The notes below the pieces were generated by a model. It saw only the letters and a list, made by a program, of their open reading frames with translations. It had not been told where the DNA came from and did no database searches. Both the position numbers and the translations under genes were made by a program. Below, one piece after another: positions 37,896 to 64,000 of a stretch of DNA of 64,000 bases; within the stretch, counting starts at the first letter, position 1; each line of letters starts with the position of its first letter. Source of the DNA: Trichinella spiralis (lineage: Eukaryota); assembly GCF_000181795.1 (NCBI RefSeq), contig NW_003526941.1, positions 9,340,607-9,404,606 of the forward strand. The letters run 5' to 3'.

Positions 37896-40800
37896 ATGGA
37901 GAGAAACCTGAGCAAGATGTCGAAAGAAGCAGAAAAAGCTCGTCAGTATCTTGTGGACAAGAATATACCATTAATATTTGAAGTATGATGTAACATTTTT
38001 GTAATTGATAATTTAAAAATAATGTATTTTTTCAAGAGCCTAATGGCGGGATTGATGAGCTGTAAACCAGATGATGCTATTCAATTTATGGTTAAAGCGT
38101 TGAAAGCGATGAAGGCCATGCCGTCCGGTGCGTTAAAATGGGATACATTTATAGACAATCCGCCAGTAGATTTGACCGATAAATCACGTAGCTGTTCATC
38201 ATCACCTTTACGTAATGGTAAATTTTCTACTATTGAAAATTTGAATGTGTTTTATCAAATATTTATAAAATGCTGTTTTTAAAAGCAAAAGTTTACGGTA
38301 ATTGAAGATATTTTTGCGTCTGGAATGACTGACTTTTTAATTTTTAAAACTGTTGTAATTAATGTATTCTCTTTTCAAATAATAATTAGTGTTCACGTGT
38401 ATTTTAATGATCAGTTTTTTTCTGTAGCGCTTTTTAATCGTCAAGATCATTGTTAACATTCTTCAAGTAAGATTAGATTGTTTAGCGAATGCAAGTTCCA
38501 ATGATAAATTTTGTAATTATAAATTTTAAAAAATAGCAGGGAAATTACATTTTTATTATATTTTGAAAATTTGAATTCAATTTTTCAAAATTTGATAATT
38601 GATTTGTTATGAACGAAGCGTAAAAGCATCAAACGATGTTATTAATGAAATTGTATTATTGTTTTCAGTTTTCTCCTTAGACTTTAGACATTTGTTTTTA
38701 TTTTCAGAAGCAAAGTCACCAAACAGCAAGCAAGAAGATCAAAGCGGCCTGGTGAATAAAGATGACAGTGCAGAAGAAGATCGTGATGAAGATAAAATTC
38801 ACTTATTGGATGAAGATAAACAAAATCGAGAAAGCAATGAAATTGAAAATAATGAAGAAAATGTTGAAAATGAACCTATAATTGAAGAACCACCAGATAT
38901 GGAATCTGCTAATGGTGCCCCTCTACCAATTTCAAATATTGAAAACGCAGCAGTAGCTGAACAACAAATTCTACCTGTAAACGTTCCGTTGGTTTTGCTG
39001 TTGGGTAAGAATTGAATTTGAAAGTATATTTATAATTTTACTGATTTTTAAAAGTACTCTTTTGAAAATATTAAAATATATAATGGAATACATTAATTTA
39101 ATGGAACTTTTTACTTTAGGATGTCCTGGTAGTGTTAAGACTTCTTGCATTCAACATGTGATGATGCGATTGAATGAGAAAAATGTTTTCATTTTAAATG
39201 TCTCGGAAATAATCAAATTGTCTATCGAAAAAATCGAACACACTGATTTAGAAGCATTGTATGAAGGTAAGGGAAATTTTATCATTTATTATTAATATTA
39301 TTCTTTTTGTCATATTTTAATCCAAAAATTGTCATAGGGCGGTTAGTGAATGATGATTTGGTCAATCGCCTTGTTAATGCGGAACTTTTAAAAGCTGAAT
39401 CTACAAATCCTGATTTGATAATAATTAATGGATATCCGCTTACACTTGATCAACTGCAATACATCAAACAAGTATGTTTGTATTTTTTAATTAATTGTAA
39501 ATTGAACAGTAAAAAATATTTGTCAAAATTTTACAATGAAATAAAATTTACTATTTTTTATGAAAATATTTTACATGTAGATGAAACGTATTATTAAAGC
39601 AGTGCATTTTTGCTTGTTGTGTGTTGAAATGCATTTAATTGGATGTAATACAAGCTCATCGATGTTTCTTTTAGATTGGAGATATACGACTTGTTATTTT
39701 AATTGATTACAATGCAAAAGAATTGGAAGAACAATTGTACGCGAAGCGGTTGAGTCCAGAAGAGGTGCGGAATAGAATTCATGATTTTACTTCTCAAACG
39801 CTTGAAGTGGCGAAAACTTACGACGATGACGACTTGCTGAACATCGTATTTTATTAATTTAATTTTCCTAATTGAACTTTTTAAATGAAAATTTTTTTTA
39901 ATATGATTTAGTTACCCGGCGAATGCGGTACTGAAGCTACAGAAGATGCGATATATTTGTTAATTTTAGGCATTCTTGATCCTGAAAGTAATTTTTATTG
40001 CTGTTTGTTGAATTTAAATTGGGCTTGGATGTTCATTTTCAGAAGTATCTCAATACAGTACAGTTGCGAATTCAAATTCAGAACGTGCAGTTGAAGAAGA
40101 AGCTAAAGCAGACCAAGCTGAAAGTGACGCTGTAACTGATGCAAAAAATGATGAAGCAGCAGAAGTCGAACGAGAGCAGCAACAGCAGCCCGTCGCGGTA
40201 TCACATCCAAAGCAGTTCACTGCTCCAGTTATTATTCTTGTTGGTATATAATTTTTCTTATTAATGTTATTTATTATTTTTATTGTTGAATTTCATTCTT
40301 GTTTAGGAGCTCCGGGAAGTTTGAAATCAGAATATTGTTCGCGTTTGATTGAAAAATATGAAGGATTTGTCAGTGTAAGCATGGACGAGCTTATTATAAA
40401 TAGCATTGCTGCGAATGCTGATGATGAAAAATGGAAAAAAGTCAACGAACTTGTGCAAAAAGGTGATTGGGTTCCAAGGGTAAGCATTGTTATATTTCTC
40501 AAAATAATGTTTCATTTTTCATTTTTTCTCTTAGCTATCTTTGGTTCTTTCTTAGTTGCGAATTATATATATATATATATATATTTATTTATTTAATTCT
40601 AATTAATAAAAATATTATAATTGTAATTTTCAGGATATATGTCGAGATTTATTTAAAAATTATATTGAAACCTTGATGGATCAAGATATTGTCTGCTTGA
40701 TATCTGAGGGATATCCGAGAGATTTGGGGCAAGCAGAAGATTTTGAAAAAATGGTAATATTGTATTGTAAGATTATTTTCATTTTTCTTCGCACTTGTTC

Positions 40801-41257
40801 TGTATTTTTGATTGACTTCAGATAACGAATCTGAGTTTGGTAATATTAATTGATTGCACTGAAAATTTTTGCGCCAGTAATATTCAGAAGAAAATTGCAA
40901 ATAAAATGGATGATGAAAAGACAAAGCAGTTCATTAAATGCAGTATTGAAAATTTTAAACAGTGCACATTGCCAATGTTGAAATATTACGATGAAAAGAA
41001 AATGTTGTTTTTGGTGATTCAATTATTTTTGTATTTGTAATGAAATTTGCTTTACAGAAAGAAAGCTGCTTTTAGCTCGAGGGAGATAAAGGTTTCGACA
41101 AACTTTTTCCAGATATGATTAATCTTTTCGAAAATCATTTTCGCAATTTGAAAGGTAAATCTGATGAACATTGAAGAATGAATATGATCGTGTTGTTGTG
41201 TTTTCTTTTCATTTCTTTTTATTATTTTTTGCAGATCGAACTGTTCAAGCAGATTAA
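37896..41257 (+). CDS. Adenylate kinase 5-like protein (docking/dimerisation domain + two AK-like domains)
   Basis: ARQYLVDKNIPLIFESLMAGLMSCKPDDAIQFM (AK5-type DD domain), an acidic linker, P-loop-like GCPGSVKT and GAPGSLKS, NGYPL and EGYPR, TLPMLKYY. Confidence 0.8.
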
Positions 41258-42992
41258 AAAAAAGCAGACGGTATGAATGCAGTGCTTTTAGTGCAAAACA
41301 TGCTAACATTTAGCTGTAAATAAATCTTTATCACCTCATGAACAATACTATTATGGTGACGTTTCACTTTTATCATTTCAGCAATATTTTTTTGCGTAGG
41401 TAGTTTGTTTTTTTAATTGTCATAATGTTTTTTAATTTTTTGTAGAAAGTGTGTGAATTTGGCAAATAAAATTCCATAGCTTTCAATTTATTGGAATTTA
41501 TTGCATGCATTAACAGTTTTTGCATTGATTTTTGATGAACATATTTCAGAATTCGAATTGTTCAAGAAGAAGAAGATTGAAATAGTAAAAGCCTATAAAT
41601 CAGTCTTACTTGCTCACAAGAGACAATTAGTCACTTTAAATTAAAATAAAAGAAGAATAAGAAGAAAGAAATATACTATGCATTAATTAACTTCATAAAA
41701 AAAGAAGAATTGCGAATTTTTCTGTTGACGTAAGTTCGTATTATTTCCTGAGGAGATGTCAATAAAACACGTAGCTACGATATTGCACGTGTGAATGTTT
41801 GTGTGAATAATTTGTGTATTATTTTACAAAAATTTTGCTTATTTGCACATTTTAAGCAAATTTTTCATTTTTTGTTTATGAGGAATATCCAAACAGTGTA
41901 AAAAATTTTAGAAGCCTTTTAAAATTGGCTTGTTTCTTAAATTTTGAAGTTGAACATGCAGATCAAAATTGTTACTGTAATCAGTTTATGAATTGATCGA
42001 GCACTACGTCACAGCAGCGACTTTGTTTCCGGAAATTCTACTACGTCATCACGCTTATTGTGTGTGACAATTCGCACGGCAGTTTAATTGTTAATGATTA
42101 CTTTGTTTATTGTTTTGAATGTGTTTGATTGCGTAAGTCGGTACTTTTCATGCATTATTTGAATGTAATATCATAATTTTATTTGTTCTAATTGTTATTA
42201 GATTTATTTGTAAATAATGTGATGAATTGAATAATATTGTAATTTTTTTGATATTATTGTTTTTATTGCTATTTAAATAGAAAGTTTTGTTATGATTTCA
42301 AAGTACTGAGAATAATTTCATTGATAATACTTTGCAGGTTTGAAATTTTATAGAAATATGATCTGATCGTAATCTTACAATAACTGTTTTGTATTATTTT
42401 GTACTATTTGTTCATATTTTAAATTAACTCCGTAAATTAATTACTCGTTCACTCAGTTTAAAGGGAAAATGTAATAATCTAATTTGTAAGTTTGTAATAA
42501 ATTTTTTAACTTCAAGCGTTGCTTGTTTACGTGCCTTCACAGTTTTGGATGTGTTAATGATTTTTGTGTGTATATTTTTTTGCATATTTGTCATGCTTTT
42601 TATGTAACTGACGTCATATGTTTAATTTTTATTAAAGCGGGGTACTCGAAAGCCTGCGTATTCATAAGCAGGTTTTGTGCCTTCCGGACAACTCGTTATC
42701 CGATATATAAGTATATACGTATGTATGTATGTATGTATATATGTTTAAGTTTAGTTTAGTTGGTTTAAAGAGAACAACCTCCATTGTTGTATATTTCAAT
42801 AATTTAAATAGTTTCATTTCATTAAACAGTTCAAGTAGTAAAGTTTCTTTCAAAATGTTAATGAAATTTGTTTCAGCAGAATGATATTTTTCCATGCGAT
42901 AATTTTGGTCGTTCATTTTAGCATTAGTGTTGTCTTGTGAATTTTGTATGCATTGACATTTATCAGAAGAAGGAACCATTTTCGATTGAAGC

Positions 42993-43685
42993 ATGACAGA
43001 AAAATATTTTCCAGTCACCCATGTCATTTTTGATATGGACGGTTTGCTGTTAGATACGGAAGTGATGCACGAAGAAGCTATGGACAGAATTTTGAGACGT
43101 TATGGCAAACGGTATACTTGGGAAATGAAATTGAAGCAAATGGGTCGTTCACAGGAGGATGCTTACAAGATAATGATAAAGGAATATGATTTGCCAATCA
43201 GCGTTGAAGAGATGATGAAGGAGACGAGCTCTTTCTATGAGCAACGGTTTCCGTGCAGCAAACTGATGCCAGGCGCGGAAAGATTGTTGAGACATTTGAA
43301 TTTTCACAAAATTCCAATGGCTCTGTGTACGGGCACTAAGGAGAAGAATTACAAATTGAAAACGAAGAATCATCAAAATATTTTCCAAATGTTTGACGTT
43401 CGCATGTGCATTCCTGACGATGCAGAAGTGAAAACAACAAAGCCTGAACCTGAATGCTTCCTGGTTTGCGTTAAACGTTTCCCCAAGCCGACACCTGCCC
43501 CAGAACAAGTGTTAGTTTTCGAAGATTCCCTGAACGGTGTTTTGGCCGCTCTCAGAGCTGGGATGCAAGTGGTAATGATTCCTGACCGTCGCATGGATCA
43601 GCTCCACCGTTCCTACGCTACAGTAACACTTCCTTCACTGGAAGATTTTCAACCTGAACTTTTTTCACTGCCTGCGTTCGATTGA
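42993..43685 (+). CDS. PUDP: HAD-family pseudouridine-5'-phosphatase (HDHD1/GS1-like), intronless CDS
   Basis: VTHVIFDMDGLLLDTE, LMPGAERLLRHL, KPEPECF, LVFEDSLNGVLAALRAGMQVVMIPD, SLEDFQPELFSLP. Confidence 0.92.
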   Translation: MTEKYFPVTHVIFDMDGLLLDTEVMHEEAMDRILRRYGKRYTWEMKLKQMGRSQEDAYKIMIKEYDLPISVEEMMKETSSFYEQRFPCSKLMPGAERLLRHLNFHKIPMALCTGTKEKNYKLKTKNHQNIFQMFDVRMCIPDDAEVKTTKPEPECFLVCVKRFPKPTPAPEQVLVFEDSLNGVLAALRAGMQVVMIPDRRMDQLHRSYATVTLPSLEDFQPELFSLPAFD

Positions 43686-44720
43686 TTGACAAAAATTCCA
43701 CTGGATCTCCAAAAATTGATGCTTCAATTATTTATTTATTTTTCTTTCATAAATAATAAGATTTCACGAAAAAAATGCATTCACTTTTTCACCGTTGTTA
43801 TATTGTGTTTGTTGTTAATAATTCAGTTTTACTAGATTCGATTTGTTAGAATGAATTAAAAAAAAAGTTCCACTTGCTCGGTGTAGTTTTGCTGAATCAG
43901 GATGGATTTTATTGATAAATCAAATATATTTCCACTGACCGTTACATTTTTCATTGTTTTTATTTTAATTTTCCTACTTTCAGTTAATGTTCAAACGAAA
44001 AAAAATCTAGTAAGTTCAACGCTGCGACTTTATTGTTTAAGTTTTTTTATAAATATTGATTCTGTGACATATATTGTTTTTTTTAATTTTATTATATAAT
44101 TTAAACTGATAAAATATTCGTGCAATATTCACTGGATTGAATTCGTATTATATGCATTCATTCAAATTCGATCAATTTATGAATGACGTAAAAACATGTT
44201 TATCAAACGAGCGCGTCTGAATGCAGAAAAAAGAAAAGTTAAATAGGTGGCAATACCCGTACAGGCGTCTCAAAAGTTTGAAAAATATAATAAACAATTA
44301 GGAAACATTAAAAACACAAGGTAAGCTTATTGAACTTATCATTCAGATTAATATTGATTGATCTTATTTAAATAAATTTTTGGTACAAAGTTTCATCACA
44401 TTTTAAATAAATAAAAATTTAATTTAAAATTAAATAAATAAATAAAAATATTTTTTAATATATTTAATTCAGTTATTTTATTGGAAAAATAAATTTTATT
44501 TTTGAAATTTACACAAAGATTTTACATTTGAACTTGATTTTCACTTATGTAGCGAATACGCTAAGGTGATGCCACTGAATGGTGCTTGGTTGATTTGGCT
44601 GTCATGTGATGGAATTATTGGTAAAATATTTCATCTTAATATGAATATTTTGTTAATTTTAATTTATTTTTATTACAGAATTGTAATTAATCTATGGAGA
44701 TGGTTGCCGCTTTGATGTGA

Positions 44721-47734
<3,014 letters not shown>

Positions 47735-48279
47735 CCAACGCCGAAGCGTGCGTACTTATTTAATAATGATTTAAAGAAAAGAATTTTATATTGGCTGTTT
47801 TGTTGCATAAATTGCAAAATTCTGTTGCTATTTAAAAAGTGCCTTTTCACTTTCGGCTTAGAAACAAAGTTTCATTTCGTTTTTGTAATTTACTTATAGG
47901 TTGTGATGACCAGAATATTGTTATTTTTTGTCTCAGATGAAATTATCATTTATTTATACGGTTGTGTTATTACAAACGTGTATTAATTAAAATATTTTCA
48001 CAATTTTTTAGATTTTTGATTTTGTTGCATTCTACCGATATGTTATTTCTAACCTATTTTGCATTTTCCACGTCTTGAAAAACAACGGTGGTTAAATTAT
48101 CATTTCAGGTTATTACTGTTAAAGCATATATCATTTGTTCTGATTGAACAGCGCAGATTGTTTCAAGGTGAGATTATTACAATGTTCTTATTGTTTTCTT
48201 ATTTTTATTTTTTAGGTGTTAAAAGCTTGTATTATTATTATTATTGCTGTTATCATATTTAGAAATTTCTTCGTTGAAG

Positions 48280-48812
<533 letters not shown>

Positions 48813-49275
48813 ATAGGCATTTATAATGCATCTTCATTCTTTATTTGATTAAAGCTGATTTGTGTTATTTGAAATTTAAACTACTTGTGTGCATTTGTAC
48901 ACCATGCTACAGTGATATCAATTTGCCAGTAGTGTAGTAAAATAAATTGAAAAAGAGCAAGCGTTTGTCAGTGGTAATTTATGCCTTATGGGTTTGAAGA
49001 AAACAGGTCTAAAATGTGATTATTTTTAGTCAAAGAAGTTTCAAACTATAATTTGTCGACATAGCAGCTGTAATGGGCAGGCATGCAAAATTTGTTGCCA
49101 AAAGGTGTACTGTATTCAGTTGACCGAAAAATTACATCTTGCATATCAAAATTACTATACCAGATAAAGTTACGTGTTTTCAACTTGCGTATTTTGTTTG
49201 TTTTTATGTAATGCATTGTTTTTCATAACTCTGCAGAAAATTGTTTCCATTCAATTCAGTTGTATTTCAGTTTAA

Positions 49276-52514
<3,239 letters not shown>

Positions 52515-52678
52515 GCGAAGTTTATTGTTGGTGTAAAAGAGTAAAGTGCTTTTTTTAAAAAAAAATTCATTCAATTTCGTTTTCTGATGTTGTTGAAGAA
52601 TTTTGAAAAGGTTGTTTTGTTTTTTTGTTAGATTTTGATAATGAAAAAAATTGCAAAATTTTTTTTATCTAATTATGA

Positions 52679-52817
52679 AATAAAGCAAAAAAGAAATGTA
52701 TGGTGTACATGATGTACGCATGAGTGTGTGCAAGTTCCGGAATGATCGGAAAAAATATTTTATCATCGTATTAAATGGGAATTTATTAATTAGTGTTGTT
52801 TCATGCATAAATTTCAG
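52679..52817 (+). promoter_or_regulatory. Operon-like intercistronic region (poly(A) signal, Ur-like element, trans-splice acceptor)
   Basis: AATAAA at 52679-52684, hairpin TTCCG/CGGAA at 52735-52751, TATTTT (UAYYUU) at 52756-52761, and TTTCAG at 52812-52817 directly before the PIN4 ATG. Confidence 0.55.
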
Positions 52818-53295
<478 letters not shown>

Positions 53296-54717
53296 TATTG
53301 TTTGTTGTATCTATTTTCATCTTTTCTTTTCATCATCACTCTTGAACTTATGAAATCCACAAAACATGATTGTAATGACAAGTGCGTTTCATAGAATTAT
53401 GTTGTAATATTTATTGTATGAAAATCTGTTAAATTTATTACAGAGAACAGCATTTTTTGTTGGATATTTTTATTTAGCAGATATAAGTTAATTTTTTTAA
53501 TGATTTAGTTATTTTGACTAAATTTCGAGAACTTCTTCGTTCAGCAGAAAGGCGCTAGATGACTTTTTTCTTTCATGGGTCCAAATTATTGACAGTGATT
53601 TCTGTTTATGAAATTTCAGATTTTTCAGTTAATAAATCTCAAATCATGAAAGGAACAGGTGCATTTAACAAACGTGACGTCTGACGAATAAAATGGAGTA
53701 TAGAAAATTTTATTAACTTACTTATGCTCAGGTTTACACTAATGACTGCTAACAAAGTATGAAATGTAAGTCATTTATTTTTGTAATTTGTCTTATTGTT
53801 TATTGGATCAATTGTTTTAGCTAATGTAAGCAACATTTTTCAAGTAGTCCATATTATTTTATACAGTTAAGTTGAACCTTTTTGTCATTTGGTTTACTGT
53901 AATGCAATAAAATGTTTTTGGTTTATTAAATTAATAAGTGAAGTAAGTAAGATGTTTTATTGTTTGAAAAAATAATGCTTTTTTTCTTAAGTGTTTACAG
54001 TATTTTTAATTTTTCATCTGTTAAGATATATGCTTCGATTTGCATATACTGTTTAAAAAGATCTATTTCTTAGAAGTAACCATGTAATTGTGCATTCATT
54101 CAACAAAATTCATGTAGTAGTATTTGATAAATGAATAGTATTCTCTTCTGATCATCATGATATTATTTGTCAGAGTTTTTAAATAGTTGTTTGTTGTATG
54201 TTCTGTGCTTCAGTTTTACCGAAATATTTGAGATCGTGAAATGTTTCTTAATTCAGAGTTGCGCTTTGCATGAAGTAATATTGTGTCTCATTTGAATACA
54301 ATTCCAAGATTTCTTGCACTATCTATTGTGGTGAACATTTACCAAATTAATAATTGTGTTTTTATTTCTTATTATTCTTGAAAAATGTGATTGCGAAGCG
54401 ATAAGAAGTTCATAATTCACATTTAAACCCATTTCGAATTGGCTCCATTAGCATACTTGAGCATTTTTGATTTACAGAAAATTGTATTTTTTGCCTTACT
54501 TGAAATCTGTTTTGTCAATTGATTTTGTAAGTATACATGTCAGTTTGGGCAAAACCATGATGTTGTTTTGATGTTTGACTGATTATGGTATTTTTTGATC
54601 TTGGAAATTTTATTTAAGAAAGTTATTTTGATATTACAAAGAAACTAATATGATTTTTGAAATTTTTTAGGAAATAACATCGCTGGTATTTGTTAGAAGA
54701 AAAGATTGTTTGTAGCA

Positions 54718-57915
<3,198 letters not shown>

Positions 57916-59152
57916 AGGTTTATTCTTTTTTATAATTTTCTTTTCTATTTTTATTCATTCAATTTGTTTAGCAAGTTTGCGTTTATTCCCGTGGATGTCA
58001 GTTTTATTTAGTTGTGTTTTCTTCACGCTGAATTTGAAGATTCGTATAAGTACAAAGGCTTTTTTGCGTGATGTATACATTTCATTTTGCAGTTTTTTTA
58101 CAAATGTCTATTTATCTAGTTGTTTTACTGATTTTGCTTTGTATTATGCTGAAATTAAAATTCGAAAACAATGGATTGTTGAATGAAACGTTATTTTCGC
58201 GTTGGTAACAGATTATTTATTTAGGTAATTATACATTTATTTATTTGCTTATAGCAGTTAAACTGGATCATTTGATCACTTCCTTATTTGAATTAATATC
58301 AAATTGGGGTATACTGTAATTCATTTTTTTAACTTGATTATTTAACTACAGTAAGCCATCTGTTTAGGATTTTGATTTTAGGTCGTTTTTGTTGTTGTTA
58401 GTTTGTGCGAAGAAAAGGTTTTCGTTTTTTTTACTAAACTTGAAAAACTAACATAATTGCACATTTGCATTCTGGTTCTGCGTTAAGCGTAAACTGAACT
58501 ATACACATATGTATTTATTTATTCATTTTATAAAGTAAGTTGTAGCTTTTAGGGAAGAATTTGCATTTTCAATGGTTAATAAGTTTTTAGACTATTATGA
58601 TGAAAAGTTGTAATAGATTTTGGAAATGCACTATAAGTTTTATAGGTGTTTTATCATATATGTTTGCAAGCTGAAATGAAATATTTGTTGTTTGTTTCAG
58701 CTGGAATTTTCTGCTGCCTTTATTGTAAATCATAATTGTCTATCGTAATGTTGTTGCATTTATGAGACTGAATGCATTTGATGCAAAATGTGAGTGGAAG
58801 AGTTTATGTGTAATATACAAATTTGAACTAAATTTGCTTATTAGAAAGTGAGTTTTATCAAGTGGCTTGTTTTTCTGTATATGCCTTATGTAAATGCACT
58901 AAATAATGGTGTAAAATATGTAGAATGCTTGAAATCTAGCAGCCTTTGCGCACCATATTTTTGCTCAGTGCATGGCACTTGAAAGTATTTTTTACGTCTT
59001 CTGCAGTGTTCTCTGCAAGAGATAAATATTTTAACATTTTATCCACTAAGATGAGAGAAACAGTTCTTAATTAATTTGAAATGGTTGCTTTTTATAGAAT
59101 GCGTTGTGGTAAAGTGCGAAGGATATGGTGAAAGAAAAATGTGCTGGTGAAA

Positions 59153-62512
<3,360 letters not shown>

Positions 62513-63800
62513 ACTTCATAAATGTTATATTTCTCTAATTTTTTAATTGTTAATGAGCAAAACATTGCGACTGTTCTTTTTACTACTGTACTCATCACTG
62601 CTTTTCATTTTTCATTCACAACATGGAATATTAATTTGTTGCTTGCCATCTTCCTTGTATTCATTAGTTCTGAAAATTATATTTCAAATCAACTTAATGA
62701 ATAAAAACATAAAAAATTTTCACCTACTGCAGTTATAAAACTGAAAACAGTATAAATTCTTGTTATAATCTGTTGAAATATTAAATTGCATTATTATTCT
62801 TATGTTCTGACTATTCATTAAGTGGATTGACTGATTTTTCATTTAATAAATTTTAAAATTCATTTTCATGTACTGTAAATGCAGATTTTTGTATTGGTGT
62901 TTAAATTTTTGTGTATTTTTTTATTTAGCTTTCAGTTATGTTTGCTAAAACAAAGGCATTTAAGTTGACGACATGTAGTGAAAATTATCTGAAAACGGTA
63001 TGTAAGAAGTTTGCTGTATAGATATTTTAGATATATTTATTATCTTTATTTTATATTTTTCATTAGTTAGACATTAATAGAGTTCATTAAATGTCGACAA
63101 GTGTCGCATTAAATGAAATTTTCCTATTCAATAAAAAAAAGCAGTACATTCAGAAGACAAGTGTACATGTGTACTGTAATTAAAAAGGAAATTGAGTAAA
63201 ATTTGAAATACAGTATATCCAGAAAAAGCATATTCTGAAAAAATGTAATTTTATTTTCGTGAAACTATCTTAAAAAATACACTGCTCACGGAGTAAAAGT
63301 GAAAAAGATTGATGATCATTAGTCACATAAAAAACATTACTAATTTGGACGTGGCACTACAAAGTAAGTAACATTTCACAACATTATGAGCAACACTGTA
63401 ATAAAATTAATACTTTTTATCACAATAAATTAAAGTTTATAAATTCCATGTAGATTTATTTTAAATGTTTAAATTTATAACAGCAATAGCAAATATCAAA
63501 TGAATCGGGTAATTGATATTTTAATGTTTACACAACAAGGGTAAGTTTCTTTAGAGCATTTAAATTTTAATATTCATAACCTTTATTCATATTTCAATAT
63601 ATTGTAGCATTCCCTACTGACATAATGGAAAAGAAGATTATATAAATTTCCATAGAGAAAGCATAAATAAGTATTTTTTTAATTTATTCTTTAGATTATT
63701 TGAACAACGTTGAACAGTGCAAATCAATACTTTTTTCAGACAATCGCTAACTTTCTTTAAGCTGCATTTTTAGCTTCTTCACTAACTCACCAAGAGATTT

Positions 63801-63895
63801 TCATCCACAGAATTCGATATAGAGCACTCCATTATACAAATAATGATCGTCACAAAGGTGCCTTATCATCAAGTGGTAGCGTCGTAAAATATTCT
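63801..63895 (-). CDS. Possible terminal exon of a gene extending beyond the window
   Basis: GC-richer block after a TTCAG acceptor; one open frame, NILRRYHLMIRHLCDDHYLYNGVLYIEFCG*. No homology recognised. Confidence 0.2.
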
Positions 63896-64000
63896 CTGAA
63901 TTAACTATGGCGTCAAAAATTAGTTTAAAGGTAATTTAAAGTAATTCTGTTTTCTACTTGTGTTAGTTATCTTCAAAAACTGTGCACACTTATTTTGTAA

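Noticed and set aside
43149..43594. Antisense ORFs of 119 and 73 aa
   Set aside because: Shadows of the PUDP coding strand.
44400..44510. Extremely AT-rich quasi-palindromic tract
   Set aside because: Low complexity, with no terminal inverted repeats or target-site duplication to indicate a MITE.
53300..54660. Gap between PIN4 and WRAP53 examined for ncRNA or a small gene
   Set aside because: No recognisable snRNA, snoRNA or tRNA motif set and no spliceable ORF; probably UTR, promoter and non-coding exons.

Overview
AT-rich eukaryotic genomic DNA densely packed with intron-containing genes. Most introns are short (about 55-90 nt) GT-AG introns with TTTCAG/TTTTAG acceptors. Gene content, operon-like spacing and a retained minor-spliceosome intron point to a clade I nematode, most likely Trichinella (inference, not a database result). 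The ORF track is mostly exon fragments or noise, so gene models were spliced by hand. About 23 protein genes are supported: SMYD methyltransferase, IFT74, a 66-aa secreted peptide, Rab14, COG3, Vps72/YL1, NUFIP1, TMBIM4, CWC15, an RFamide neuropeptide precursor, RPS18, C9orf78/TLS1, RalGPS, a degenerate SerRS paralogue (SLIMP-like), ERV1/ALR, an AK5-like protein, PUDP/HDHD1, FAM102/EEIG1, a LisH-only protein, ABCF1, PIN4, WRAP53/TCAB1 and WDR48. Most notable signals: a U12-type AT-AC intron in SMYD, a GC-AG intron in RPS18, a probably catalytically dead SLIMP-like synthetase head-to-head with ERV1, a candidate new FMRFamide-like peptide (GISNILLRFamide), a TBL1-type LisH mini-protein, a probable pseudo-adenylate kinase under a perfect RFX X-box, and an ABCF1-PIN4 spacer with operon signatures. 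No tRNA, rRNA, CRISPR array or transposon was recognised.
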